Shown in pieces: positions 37,536 through 50,299 of a stretch of 61,147 nucleotides of DNA. The position numbers were made by a program, and so were the translations under genes. Position 1 is the stretch's first letter. Every line of letters starts with the position of its first letter. The notes under the pieces were generated by a model that was not told the DNA's origin, did not search any database, and saw nothing but the letters and a program-made list of their open reading frames with translations. Source of the DNA: Atractiella rhizophila (lineage: Eukaryota); the NCBI GenBank assembly GCA_021432655.1, contig MU271307.1, positions 37,295-98,441 of the forward strand. Direction: 5' to 3'.

Positions 37536-39094
37536 ATGAGAACAAGAGTGGTGAGCAGTTCTCTCTCTAGAAACCAAGCCTGTCTCAAATGTACGTCATC
37601 CCTTCTTGTTGGCTGCCGGCGATAATCAATCGTGGCAGGTCGCAGTCGAAAGGTTGGTTGAGGGTTTAACTTGAACGCAGCAGTTCTCACGAAACTGCAG
37701 GTACGATGCTCAGCAGAGCGGCCTAGCTGTAATGCTTGCAGGAGTAAATCAACCCATTATACAATTTAATCGCTGAGTTTCCACGTCAACCCATTATACA
37801 ATTTAATCGCTGAGTTTCCACGTCAGGGAGCGCTAGCGCTCGAGGAGAAGATCCCTCTCTAGTTCGATGCGTGTATATCAGCCCTCCTCCTTGCGGCGAC
37901 AAGGAAGAGGAATCTGCGGAGGAAGAACCCATTGTCGCTGATGGGAGCCCTGAAGGTCCGTCATTCCATTTGTGGCACCCGCTGATTAACTGGGTTCCAG
38001 ATGGCCATAATAATGACCGCTATTCTTTTAGAAAGACGCGCGGAAACCTTGCGGGCGCTTTACGTGAATCACTACCGACAGTTTCAAAACGGTCGTCTTC
38101 GAAAGCTAAGCCTGCAAAGTCAACTGAAGCGAACAGCGTCCCAAAGAAGACACAGAAACGGAAACGGAAACCAAAAGCCACTGAGCCAGAGATGGATGAT
38201 GACATTGATTTGGATGCAGAAGGCGGTACGGGCGATAACTTCACGTCACCACGGTCTCCTCAGTCAGTGGACTCATTCGCAATTCACAGCTCAGCCATTA
38301 TTGCTTCGAAACCACAGATTTTCGGTCCGTCAGCTCAGACCTTAACATTAGCAACCCCTTCCAGAACCGCTCCCTCCAGCGATTTCTTTCCCTCTCCTCT
38401 TACGAGCGCCACAGTTTCACCTCCTTCAATTCAGACTACCTGTCCCTCACATGCCTATTCGGCTAACGAGTATTCGAATCTGCAAGCAAAGGTAGCCAAT
38501 AAACTCCAAACAGTCGCGAACCAAGTCGAGTACTGCGCTCCTCCAGCGGTTCACGATTATGCATCATTCCCAGACCTCCATCAAACTGCCTCTCCAACAT
38601 TTAGCAAATTTTCGGGCAGCGCTGCAGAAGAATCCACGCTCAGCGTACCTTCGTCCGGAAATCTGTCCCTATTTCACGGAAATTGGCGCCATCCCCTCAG
38701 TCCAGGTGTCGATGTTCAGGCTCAAATGCAGCTGCAATACCTCTGCCTCCAGCAACAACAGAAGCTGATTCATGCGCCTATTGCACAGCCCATTGACATT
38801 TCGCCACTACCTCCTGCAATGTCTCTACCGACACCGGGACTTTATCTTCCCCCTGTGACGATCCAAGCGACTACGAGCACTTATATTCCAGTATCTCAAG
38901 GCCCTAATTTATCTCACATTCACGCTCTCCCGCATCAAACTCAGTATCAGCGCTCAGTTGCTCCTACCCCTACTTTCCAAACTTACGTGACGGTTAATTA
39001 CCAAGGTCCGATCCAGCTAGCGGAATCCAGTACACTCCCTATCATGGAGCAGTTGACGAGTTGGGGAAGAACGAGACCAAATTGTCGGGTTTAG
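37536..39094 (+). CDS. Zn(II)2Cys6 fungal transcription factor
   Basis: Spliced N-terminus MRTRVVSSSLSRNQACLKCRSRKVRCSAERPSCNACRRSASARGEDPSLVRCVY has six cysteines. It is followed by the NLS-like KKTQKRKRKPK and a Ser/Pro/Gln-rich tail (ORF 37871-39094). The 3' end is uncertain. Confidence 0.85.
37749..37822 (+). repeat. Perfect 37-bp tandem duplication inside an intron
   Basis: TCAACCCATTATACAATTTAATCGCTGAGTTTCCACG occurs twice, immediately before the TCAG acceptor. Confidence 0.92.
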
Positions 39095-39989
39095 AATCAG
39101 GTGAGCAGCATGGGTTCTATCAGCAGCAACCGGATGAAAGACATAAACCTCTGAAAGTCCAGGTCCGTCTCGCTTTTCTTGTTGCTTTCTGGTGATTCTT
39201 TGCCTATTTTGAAAAGGTGGAACAGATACAGTGACATAAACTGCAACAGTATTGCATATAACTGTACATACCACCTATATTGAGTATAAACATAAACAAG
39301 GAAGAAACTGTCATGTGAGATGATGTAAGCCCAGGCATCCTTCAAACCAGCCTCTGAAAAAGGCGTTTTGACGCCAATTGTTCCTTCCAAGCCCTTTGCA
39401 TGCCGTCATCATGCAAGGCACACAATCGGAATGCTCGACAGAACGCTTACAACTCCGAACAAGACAACCAATAAGAGGAGTCCACAACTACTTGGCGATT
39501 ATGGTTTCCCTCTTTCACAGGGTGAAGACCACACCGTTCTCACTCCTTTCGAGCACGGTTTCTCGCTGCTGAACGAGTCGCTCCGCAATCCGATCACAGT
39601 TGCCCTCCTCCTGCCAAGTACCATCGTCAACTTGAATTTGTTGAACCACGTCGTGTTGAATGAGCCAGGGATGAACGTTAACGTTCATAGTGCCGACCTA
39701 GTCACTCAAGGCACTACCAGCTAAAACAATGCATGCTGAGAGCAGTTTTAGGGCCGAAATTTGGCTCCGCAGCAGTGCGCCTTTGGTGCTTCTGGTGCCT
39801 AGTGGGTGCTTTTCTTTGAAAATGATTTCTGGTGCTTTTAATGCCCATTGTGTGCCTTGTCAGTGTTGCCTCACTGCCGAGAATCAGTGCTTTGCCAGTG
39901 CACGTCTAGTGCTGTTCTAGTCGTGTCTCAGTCACTGCCTAGGTTTGCTAGATTAGTCTCTTGAAATGGATAATCGCATACATTGCCCT

Positions 39990-42060
39990 ATCCTCAATTA
40001 CATTGCCAATGCCATCCGTTCAACAGCCCCCTGTTCACCCTAATCCGTCTCCAGCCCTCCCCATTCCAATGACGTTATCCTCCTCAATCCCTCCTTGTTA
40101 TCGTCGTCGTCGTAGCAGTCACCCCTCTGCCCTCCCCGCAGGATCTACACCACTACCTCCACAGCTTCCGCTTGCATTGTTACCAGCACTCTCTTTGTCC
40201 TGGTCCGACTTGAGCAGCCTGAGAAGTTCCATTATTCTTCTATCGATGGAATTGAATTTCCTAATCATGACTTCCTTGTTACACTCCTAAACTGCCATAA
40301 GGACTTAGCCAGGAGAAAGTCAACGCTTACCTGATGTTGTAACATCTTTTTCCAATGATCCGCATTCCAGCCACTGTCCTTTGCCATTTTTTTTGCCTCG
40401 ACCAGTTGTGCCATGGAATCTGGCTTGTCCAGCAGCGGCCGCAGTTTCTCTACGTCCTCACGCACCTTCACAACTTCATCCGGAGATGGCCCACCGGTAT
40501 CCTCGGCAGTGCAGGGCGGATGTGGAAAGGGAAGAGACCACCACTATCTGGATGAGGCAGGGAAGGATTGGTAGCGCTGCCTGCCTCCCCAGAACGGGAT
40601 GAAATGGGATTGGTGCCACCTACAGGTGCAGGAGCATCGTCATCGCAATGTGGAGGAGGAGTGGGACTGAGTCCATGCTCAGCAGGAGGGGAACCGTGGC
40701 TGGCACAAATGGGAGGAGCAGAACCATAGTTATATGGGGGAGGAGAAGGGAGACCACAACCGGTGTGGTGCGGAGGGGGATGATAAGTCTGATATTGTTC
40801 GACTTCGGAAGCCTTCTCTTTTGCGATCTCGATCGAATCTGCAAGGCGATCTTGAAGCTGCATCTTATCTTGGAGTGCTTTCGAATATTCAGCCGGCACC
40901 ATGGTGCCCTTGAGTTCTTTGGCTGATTGTGCATCCTTGTACTGAATCAGCTTAAACAGCATCTTGCAAGAGTAAGAAAAGACTTCACGGTCACAGCATT
41001 GCTCCCACCGCCATCCAGCCAAGCTTCGACCATACTCTCCGCCAATCTCCCAATGCAGCTAAAGCTCAGAAGTAAAAGTGCTGCCTCCGTAGAATCAGGA
41101 TGTCCTTCCTTCCATCGCTGATACAACCGCTGTGCGATCTTTGCACCCTTTAACACAGCTTGCAGCAGCTCTCCAATCGCCTCCTGCGAACCCACATTCT
41201 CCCATCTCCTCAAGCCGAGGCACAAATGGGAGGAGCAGAACCATAGTTATGTGGGGGAGGAGAAGGGAGACCACAACCGGTGTGGTGCGGAGGGGGATGA
41301 TAAGTCTGACATTGTTAGACTTCGGAAGCCTTCTCTTTTGCGATCTCGATCGAATCTGCAAGGCGATCTTGAAGCTGCATCTTATCTTGGAGTCCTTTCG
41401 AATATTCAGCCGGCACCATGGTGCCCTTGAGTTCTTTGGCTGATTGTGCATCCTTGTACTAAATCAGCTTAAACAGCATCTTGCAAGAGTAAGAAAAGAC
41501 TTCACGGTCACAGCATTGCTCCCGCCTCCATCCAGCCAAGCTTCGACCATACTCTCCGCCAATCTCCCAATGCAGCTAAAGCTCAGAAGTAAAAGTGCCA
41601 CCTCCGTCGAATCAGGATGTCCTTCCTTCCATCGCTGACACAACCGCTGTGCGATCTTTGCACCCTTTAACACAGCTTGCAGCAGCTCTCCAATCGCCTC
41701 CTGCGAACCCACATTCTCCCATCTCCTCAAGCCGAACAGGGTCTCCTCCCCAAGGCTGTTGTGGCCAAGTGTATCCCCTCGAGCGTTGTTTTGCAGGCCC
41801 TCAGAGGTGTACTCTTCGTCGTCAGTAGTGATTGGAAGCTTGACATCACATTCTGCACATGTAATGGCTGCCAGAAGGCGTTTTGTAGTCGTTTGGGCAA
41901 GCGTATCACTGTCGTTTGTGTGGGAATCAGCATGGAAGAGAGGCAGTACTCCATCTATGACGAATGTGCCGAGTACATTGAGGTTAGTGAGACAGCGGTC
42001 GTCGATAACCATAGCTTTGAGCTCATGTATCATTCCGTCAGAAGGCAACATGGCCAAAAG
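39990..42060 (-). pseudogene. Hypothetical element-borne gene disrupted by an internal tandem duplication
   Basis: ORFs 41464-42057, 40468-41022 and 40265-40471 are coding-like and separated by intron-like gaps. No family recognised. Confidence 0.4.
40702..41735 (+). repeat. Near-identical tandem duplication, period 517 bp
   Basis: GGCACAAATGGGAGGAGCAG...CTCCTCAAGCCGA at 40702-41218 and 41219-41735, with only a few substitutions. Confidence 0.95.
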
Positions 42061-42320
42061 AAGGGGACAAACTGATTGCTGCCTTAATAATGCTGGGTGG
42101 GTAGGTTTTCTTAACTACCTCGTCCTGACTGATGTTTGCCCTGAGTGGATCAGTTGGCAAGTCAGCCTGATAGAAAACAAATGAATCAGCATGATGGGGT
42201 CCGTGACACATAAAGGATGTGTGCGCACGATTGCTCTCGCTCTCTTCTTGCTCTGCATCTTCAAACTCTCTGGTACTCGTAGACCTTCCACTGGGTTGTT
42301 TAGTACAATCCCTTTTAAGT

Positions 42321-43235
42321 TCACGTTACTGAGAGCCGCTCACCCTGATCTCCTTCGAAAACCTGCACTCTATTTCTCTTTTCCCTCGAACCCACAAACC
42401 TGTCAACATCGTGCTTCCTCTTCACTCCTCTCATAACAGTCCAGCCTCCTTCCTGGGCATCCCCAGAGTCCTGTTCATCTTCGTTGTTGTATGAACTTCC
42501 GCTGGTATTCCTTAGCACAGATGTTACGAAGATACGTGCCATCCAGTCAGTCTTCCCAAGGCAGAGAACTGAGCTGTAATCTGCCTCGAGCCTACGAAGG
42601 ATATTCGTGAGATATGTAGTCCTGCAGAGTCCAGTCTGGTTCTTAATCGATTTCGTAGTGTCCAGATAGGATTTCATGTAGAAGGTCCCATCATTTCGTA
42701 TGACATCGGCGGTTCTCCTTGACAGTTGTGTTGCTGCGACGACAGTATTGTCCGTTTCGTCAAAGACAAGCTGGTGCAGCACCTGGACCGGATCGAGGAG
42801 ATTGTTCTGAATACCAGTTCGCATGCAGGCTGTAGCTTGCTTGTGTTCCCAAAAGATCCCAAGTTCGTCAGCATCTTCCTTGCTGATGATGGGCCGGTAT
42901 GGTTCGACAGGCTTCTTGATCCAATCGTCTGCGGAAGAATCAGCATCAGCTTCGGAAGGCGTCATCGTCCTGCTTTCTGCGTGATGTTTCGACATCGAGT
43001 TCGCAGGTAGAAGCAACTTCTTGGCCTTGTCGAGCTCCAGCTTCAAACGATCCACCTCCTCATCCTTCTCCATGTAGAACTTCTTCCACTTATCTTTATC
43101 CATCTGTTCCCTCACCAAAGAGCTCTCCAGCTCAAACGCCTTCAACTCAAGCTCCTGCACATAAAGATTCGATAAGAGGTCACCGCGAGTGGCGATTTGG
43201 ATGTGAACGGAAAAGGACTCGTCTTCTTGTGACAT
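42321..43235 (-). CDS. Hypothetical 304-aa protein with an N-terminal coiled coil; probable CACTA accessory protein
   Basis: Uninterrupted ATG-initiated ORF with heptad-like ELELKAFELE...EVDRLKLELDKAKK, head-to-head with the transposase. Confidence 0.6.
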   Translation of the reverse strand: MSQEDESFSVHIQIATRGDLLSNLYVQELELKAFELESSLVREQMDKDKWKKFYMEKDEEVDRLKLELDKAKKLLLPANSMSKHHAESRTMTPSEADADSSADDWIKKPVEPYRPIISKEDADELGIFWEHKQATACMRTGIQNNLLDPVQVLHQLVFDETDNTVVAATQLSRRTADVIRNDGTFYMKSYLDTTKSIKNQTGLCRTTYLTNILRRLEADYSSVLCLGKTDWMARIFVTSVLRNTSGSSYNNEDEQDSGDAQEGGWTVMRGVKRKHDVDRFVGSREKRNRVQVFEGDQGERLSVT

Positions 43236-43530
43236 CTCGATTGAGGTACGAACAGGAGGTTATTGAGGGAACATTGACAGTTGTTAGGTGAGCCGATAAT
43301 GCAAAGAGGTGGAGGACGGAAAGCGTTTGTCATCGTCCACTTGCCCCGGCGGAATTGCAATGTCTGAACTTAACGCATGCATAATGCACATCTGCACAAT
43401 AACGGATAGCCTTATTAGAATTCCAGATATAAGCATTTCCAGAGCAGAGTCTCACCTTATCTGAGCCCTTAGATATGCTGTGATGATCATAATAATATTC
43501 ATTGTGAACATCGTCCTAACCCATCTTTTA

Positions 43531-46500
43531 ATGAGTTCCACTTCTTCCAACGCCATCTCGCCTTACCATCGTCTTCGAGACACCATAAGGCTTACAAGGG
43601 ATTCTTCATCACCATATCCTCCCACCAGAGCTCAAGCCAGGAAAAAGAAAGAAGAGGATGACAAGATGCGTGTCGAAACACGTGCAGCTCGACACGTTGA
43701 CACCATCGTGTCTTCGGGCGTCTCTTTAAAGAACCCGAACACCAACCTCCATCTCATACATCCACGGAGCATCCCCTATGCCTCCAAGGTCCAGCTCAAG
43801 CTCCAGCAACGAAATTCCACGCACCCAGCCTCTGATATTCAGTCTTATCGCCCCAACATGGCCTAGCCCAATCTGTCTGATCTTGATCTTGATCAGGGAC
43901 CAAATCTTCAACGTGAGGATGAAAGCGACAGAGAGATGGTGGATGGAGGACCCAATCTTCAAGATGAAAGTGATGTAGAAATGGGGGATGGAGGAGATTT
44001 GTTGGGGGAGCTGAGGGAAGAGGACCTGAGGCTTGCTGGGTCTGCCCCTGAAGAGGATGAGGAGGCATACTACAATCCGAATCCTGACAATGCCGCTCGC
44101 CCTGCTGGAGCTGCGGCGCTCACACATGCTACACCATTGTCGTAAGTACTAATATTCTAAGTAAAAAAGAATGTGCTAATGCTTGGACCTTGGATTGCAG
44201 CGAGGTCCGTGATATCCTTATGCCACTCTTCGATGATGGCTCTGATCACCTTCCGGCTCTTCCTCCAACTTATCAGGACAACATCCCTGAGCTTGACGAC
44301 AAACAGCAGCTTACATTGGATGAGTTCCGAGTCTGGCATCGAAACAACGACAAAGAAGCAAGCTATCAGGGTCACTATCAGAATTGGACATGAAATGCAT
44401 ACCCTCCCAGAAGCAAAGAAGATGGTCGCTGAACTGAGTGGGTTGAAAGGAGGGTGGTTGCCAATGTGTGGAGCGTCTTGCAGCTCCTATCTTGGGAAGT
44501 ACGAAGGGCTGCGGTAAGACTCATCTCTTTGTAGAATGAATGGACTTGATGAACTCACAAACTGCTGCAGATGCCCGCACTCTCGCAAGATCAATGGACA
44601 GATTGTACTCTGCGATAGACCACGCTATGCGATTTCGGTTTGTCGTCCTCTCGTTCCTCAGCTTCGCCCCGCTTGTCAGAGCAAACCGCCGTTATACCCT
44701 CTTTACACTTGGCGTACCTGGTCCCAACAATCCAGTCGACATTCAATCTTTCTTCCTCCCCTTCAACCAAGCGATGGCGAAGCTAAGTGGAGGATTGTGG
44801 ATGTGGGATGCAGCTTCTCGGAAGTGGTTTGTTTGGAAGGGATGGCTTATCAACAAGCTGGGTAAAGGTCTCTTTGCAATTACTGGATATTGCACTGAAT
44901 ATTTAATGTAGGTGACATGCTCGGTTCTGCGAAGGCAAATGGCTGCACTGGCCATCAAGGAAAGTGTGGCTGCCACTTTTACAAGCTTATCGGTCAGATC
45001 CTGGGTCACCATTACTATTACCCGTGTATATCGATCCCACAGGACGACGGCACTCTCCCTTCATATCGCCCAGCTGCTTATGACCCTCTCAATCTTCCGA
45101 ATCGCACCACGACCAAGTACACACAAACAGCAAAAAATCTTGCACTAGCAACCACACAAAAAGCACGAGCAGAGGTCGCGCGCGATAGTGGTGTCATCTC
45201 CATTACCCCTGTTTCCGGATCCAAGACATTTCGTGATCCTTGGACATTTTTTGCAGGAGACCTTGCCCATCTCCACTGGAAGAATGATGCCGAACTCATT
45301 TTCGACGCTACGATGGGGATTAACAAGCAAGAGTCTCTTCCTGAGCCCTGGCACCCAACGCAGCAAGTACAGGACGAGTTTGGCCGCATGGTTGAGCGCT
45401 CTAAGGTCGATATTCCTTATGCCTTCTCTCAAGCAGCTCCTCGGAACACACATCGATTCCGAAACACCCAGTACAAGATGCATGAGTGGTGGGATGTTTA
45501 TGACTGGTTGCTAATACCCTGTCTTCTCCTTCTTGGTTTTCCACTCGACATCTTACATGTTCTCGATTCTTTCGTTTGTAGCTGCAGGCTTGCATGGCAG
45601 CACGAGATTAGCGAGCAGGAAAGGCTCAGAATCCGCGAGCTTTTTGCAAGCTTCGCCATAAATTGGGAGAAGGTGCACGTTCATGGAGATTGGACTCAGC
45701 TTAGTCGTATCCGCATGTGCATCCAACATCTCTTGTGTACCGCCGACTGGATCTCTGGTGGGGACCAGGGATTCTCTACTCGCAGTTCCCGATGGAGGGA
45801 ATGAGTGGATTTCTTAAGAAACGAATTAATCAGGACAACATGTACCAGGAGAACCTGCTGAACCAAGCTCTCTTGCAGGAGCAGATGAATATTGTTGATA
45901 TTGTGTATCCAGCCCGAAATTCGATTTATGAGATGGCAGGTTCTCGATTTCAGCGCTTTTCTTCCATCCACTCATGTAACTCAGTTTACTCGCCTTGCTG
46001 GGCATCGATTCCTCTCACGAATCTGGCAAAGCTGCAAGGCACCAAATACAGCACCAAATGGATGGAGGAGCTTGCTTTGATTCGAACCTATTGTGACTCT
46101 CACGGAAAGAACCCCGATGGGCTGGACCTGGAGAAGATTTTGGCACAGTGGGAACACTGGCGCCGGTGTGCTTTGGCTAATGGGGATGTTATTCGTTCAC
46201 GGAAGCTGGAAAGGTCATGGAAGTTTGAAGCACACAAGCACATTGTTGGTTAATCTGTCTTACTATCTCTTCTAATGAGAGAAACAAGGCATTGACAACA
46301 CTGGAGAGACCTTCTATGGTGAGGCAGTTGTCTATCTTCGAGTCCCACAGACTTTCTTCGACCCCGAAGCAAGCCCAGCTGCCAACAAGCTCTTTGCCAT
46401 TACTCAGCTTTTCAGCAAACGACGTAATCTCTTTGAAAGCAAAATCTTCTGCCAGTGGAGCGATGAATTCTGCCTTGTGCCTCTTGATCAAGTCATACAC

Positions 46501-46720
46501 TTGATCGGGATCTTTCAAGCAGAAGATGGAGAGGGAAGAAGGTTCGTTTGGATCCTTCACTGTCACCACTCCGACGCACTTATCGACCCAGTCCTTGAGC
46601 CAGAGGCAGATAAGCTCTTCTTGAAGGAGATGCAGGTCAGAGTGACGAGATGGATCTTCCGGACTCAGTTTAGCCTCTCTGTTTGCTCACTTCTTCACTT
46701 TGCCTGGGTTTCTTGACTGT
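43531..46720 (+). pseudogene. CMC/EnSpm (Transposase_21-like) transposase, frameshifted or internally deleted
   Basis: PMCGASCSSY, VPGPNNPVDIQSFFLP, MWDAAS..WF, GDMLGSAKANGCTGHQGKCGCHFY, GDLAH, RMCIQHLL, WGPGILYSQFPMEG. Confidence 0.85.
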
Positions 46721-47399
46721 AAGCAGTATTATACTGGCATAAACTAATCTACTTCATTTTTTCATTTACAATTCGCTAATTTGCATTTCTATACATTATA
46801 TTAGATATAGTCTATCAGAGATTCGGCACCTTTTGGACAGGATTGCAAGCAGAGTCTCTCAGGACTTGCACTGGGCTCATGCTCAGCATCCTTCAAGCTC
46901 CTTCTTGTACCCAATAAAACTACACATAATTCTCTCCTTCCACTAATTAGGTCTATAGTTGTGGTGCTCCAGGTGAGCAAGTGCCTTTACCTTTGCAAGC
47001 GATCGAATGTGCCTGATATACATGTCCTCCTGGCCCTCATCAAAAGCCCCTTGATAACGTTCAAAACAAATTGCAGTTCTCGAAAGCACTGGGCAACACT
47101 GGCATCTGCACTTTTTCGGCCAACTACACTGACCACTCACTACTTAAGCACTGAGCCAGTCCTGCAAGTTTCCAGGGGCTGATTGCTGATGGATAGACAC
47201 AGGCACATAAACCTCTGCCAAAGAAGAAGTTCAGATATTTTATATTGTTTTTGTCGAAGCAGATCTTAAGCTTCTGGGTAACAGCGAGTCTTTGCATTGA
47301 CCGATGACGAATCTCCTTTAGAGATTGATGTACGGCCTACTAAAAAGGTGCGTTGAGTATCTTTCCAGCTGTTTATCATTGATGTTTCATAGACTCTTC

Positions 47400-50098
47400 C
47401 TCAAATGCGATCCAACTCGGGAGACTCTACGCAAATGGCTGCAAAGAAGAAGGACAGGCGGAAGGCAAAATGTCGAACCAAGAAAACTGTTCTGCAGATG
47501 CATGTAGAGCTCAACGCAATGGGACCGGAGACAGGAGGAAAGGAAGCAGAAGAGAGCGTGCAAGGATAGATCGTGAGGGGAGGGGTATCCAGCTGTCTTC
47601 AATTGTTACAAGGTGTGCTTTAACCGGTCCATTTACCTTTAGTTGGTATGTAGCATGATCCTTTGATGCCTGCCTATCCACGCGGAACAAAGGACAACAA
47701 GTACAGGTATATGTGCCTGCTTTGCAGGTAAGCTTTACATCAATCGTCTCTTTTTGAGTGATGTCTGACAATGCAGCGGTAGCACAGAGCGGAACATCCA
47801 CAGTAACAACTATTCGAACCTGAATACCCACCTCCATGAATGTCTCCGCCGTGATCTCGCTGCCTCTAAGGGCACCACACTACCTCCTCAACCAGCCAAA
47901 GTCCTCGCTCGACAGAAGAAGATCCAACCAGAGGACCCATCATCCTTCACTTTGTTCAAGATGCTGAGTACTGCTGAGGTCTTCCAGAAGTCGGTGGAAT
48001 GGATTGTCCGCTATGATCATGCTGTAAGCATTGTTGAAGAACAGGGATTGAAGGATGTCTTGGGGATTTTGAGGCCAGGAGGCCCACTTTACAGAGCAAT
48101 GACAGCAAGCAAGTGGGCTGGCCGCTTGTATGATGCACTTCAACTGGTTGTCCAGGGCAAGCTTGATATAAAGCTTCCATCCTATTTCAGCATTTTAGCA
48201 AAACTGATCCTAGTGCATAGATGCTCACAAGCATGCTCCACATTGAACACGATGGCTGGAGCAGCTTTGGGAAGCCTCCACCATATCCTTGCCATTGTCG
48301 CTCACTACATCGACACTGATTGGGTGAAGCAAGAATGAGTTCTTCGAAGCTCAATTCTGAGCGGATTATCAACAGCTCCTGTCCTTGCACGCAAAATCTC
48401 GAAGACAATTGCGGACAAGAATTTGGTGCAGAAATTTGGCACACACACTCTTTTTGTTTCTCTGTTGTTTGATTCTAATAGCGGTACTGTGTACAGGAAA
48501 CATTGGATCAGACCAAGCTTCCAATGGACTCGCTGCCCTTCCCTTCCTCAAAGCCAACCTTTTGTCTTGCGGCCATCTGTGGCAAGCTCAGGACTCCCAT
48601 GCTGGATGTACCGTACATGCTATCCACCTTGTAGCAAAGGCGACTTTGCATGCTTTGGGTGTAGGACCCTATTCCGATACTTGTGACATGTCCAATGCAT
48701 CTGGTCTACTGGACATGATGGAATCAGATGAGGTAGAGTTCGAAGATGATGGCAGCATATCTGTCTGCAGCTTGGATGTGGAAATGGATGTGGTGGACGG
48801 CGTAGATACAAGGGCATGTGACACAACAATGGCATAGGGATTGGTACCTAGAAAGGCAGATAACTCGGCAAGAGACAAGGTATACACTCGTGATAAATTG
48901 ACTCCCACTAGTGAGCAATGTTGAGCATATAGGCCGCATGCCTTTGCCTGATGATTCGTACTTCTGGTGAACGGATGCATGCTTTCAGAAAGGTATCATG
49001 AGAAACCTATCCCCTTGGTCACACCCAGCGCAATCTCCTCCCTCTCAAGGCTAATGATACATGATGGAATTCAGAGCACAATGTGCTAGTGAGAGCATAT
49101 TCCATCCGACATGTAGGTAGTCTTCTTTGTCAACTGAGCTTATTTCTTACTGATTGCTGGCAACAATAGGCACTGCAGAGGTTCTGTGTAAAATACTGCA
49201 CTACATTCGGTGTTTATGCTCTTAGTGCACCGGAGTGGAAGCAAGTGAATATTATTGCCGTTTTTTTTAAAGTATGTTAATCAATTCCCTTCTTTAATAA
49301 AGCTGCTCTGTCTGACACCCGCTTCCGTAGCCATACAAGGATGCAACGATGATCCTGCAAGCTTCGGCATCACACCTTGGAGATGTGATACCAACACTTT
49401 ATTGCCTTCGAAAATCTTTGAGATTGTCCAAGATCCTACGAAGGTAACTGTGAAGCACGCTGTCAATATGAGCCTTACGAAATTCGATGCCTACTATGAT
49501 CCGATGAAGACTAAGAAGTGCTATATCATGGCAACCGGTCTGTCTGTTTATTTGATCACAGTGAACCCACTTGCTCATGGCACCGCAGCTCTTTCACCAT
49601 ACTACTGACTAAAGTTCTTCAATAAGCTTGGAACGGATGTCTACAAGCTTGCAGAAGGAAAGCAAGAATATATCAGGGTTGTGACTCTAACTGCCAGTCT
49701 ACTGCATTGGAGGATTTATCAGAATGTGAAGCTGGGGTAACCGTTGGTCCACATGAGTATGACAGATTCAACTTAACAGCACAGCTTGGTGAAGGGCAAA
49801 CTGACTTGAGGTATTGGAAGGTGCGTAGTTTGCTGTTGTTCCTGGGGGAAAACACTGAGCAGGGCTCTATTAGCTAAATGAATCACTCTATCCGACTTGT
49901 GCCATCATGGCACGGAACTTCCTGGCTATACCAACTTCCAATGCTGGTGTTGAAAGGCTCTTTTCATGGGCTAAGTGGATCAATACTGATAAAAGAGCTT
50001 CCAGGACGGCAAAGACACTTGTGGAGCTGATGACTGCAAAGGCTTGGATGATACAGGGAGTGCAAGTTCCGAAAGGGTGGTGCATAAACATGAAATAG
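47400..50098 (+). pseudogene. hAT transposase remnant (BED finger through dimerisation domain)
   Basis: YRYMCLLC...SNLNTHLHEC; VAHYIDTDW; SDQASN; GCTVHAIHLVAK; NDT*WNS; KFDAYY; YPTCAIMARNFLAIPTSNAGVERLFS. Confidence 0.88.
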
Positions 50099-50299
50099 CT
50101 GGTCTTTATGGTTTTTTCCCCTTCATTCTGGCTCATTCTTACCACATTATAATATTATAGGGCTTATAATGTAATTTCATTTAAATTACTGAGCATTTAT
50201 GATAATCCCATGTCTGAACATTACAAATATAATGTTAGATCTTTACACTACAACTTCTAACATTACAGACCTTAACATTATATTGTAATGATGGGAGCA

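Larger units (their letters stand above)
39712..47190 (+). mobile_element. CACTA (CMC/EnSpm) element; right end degenerate
   Basis: Left end CACTACCAGC at 39712 is followed by CAGTG/GGTGC subterminal repeats. Mirrored CACTG repeats lie at ~47085-47160, with a transposase inside. No clean right TIR or TSD was seen. Confidence 0.6.
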
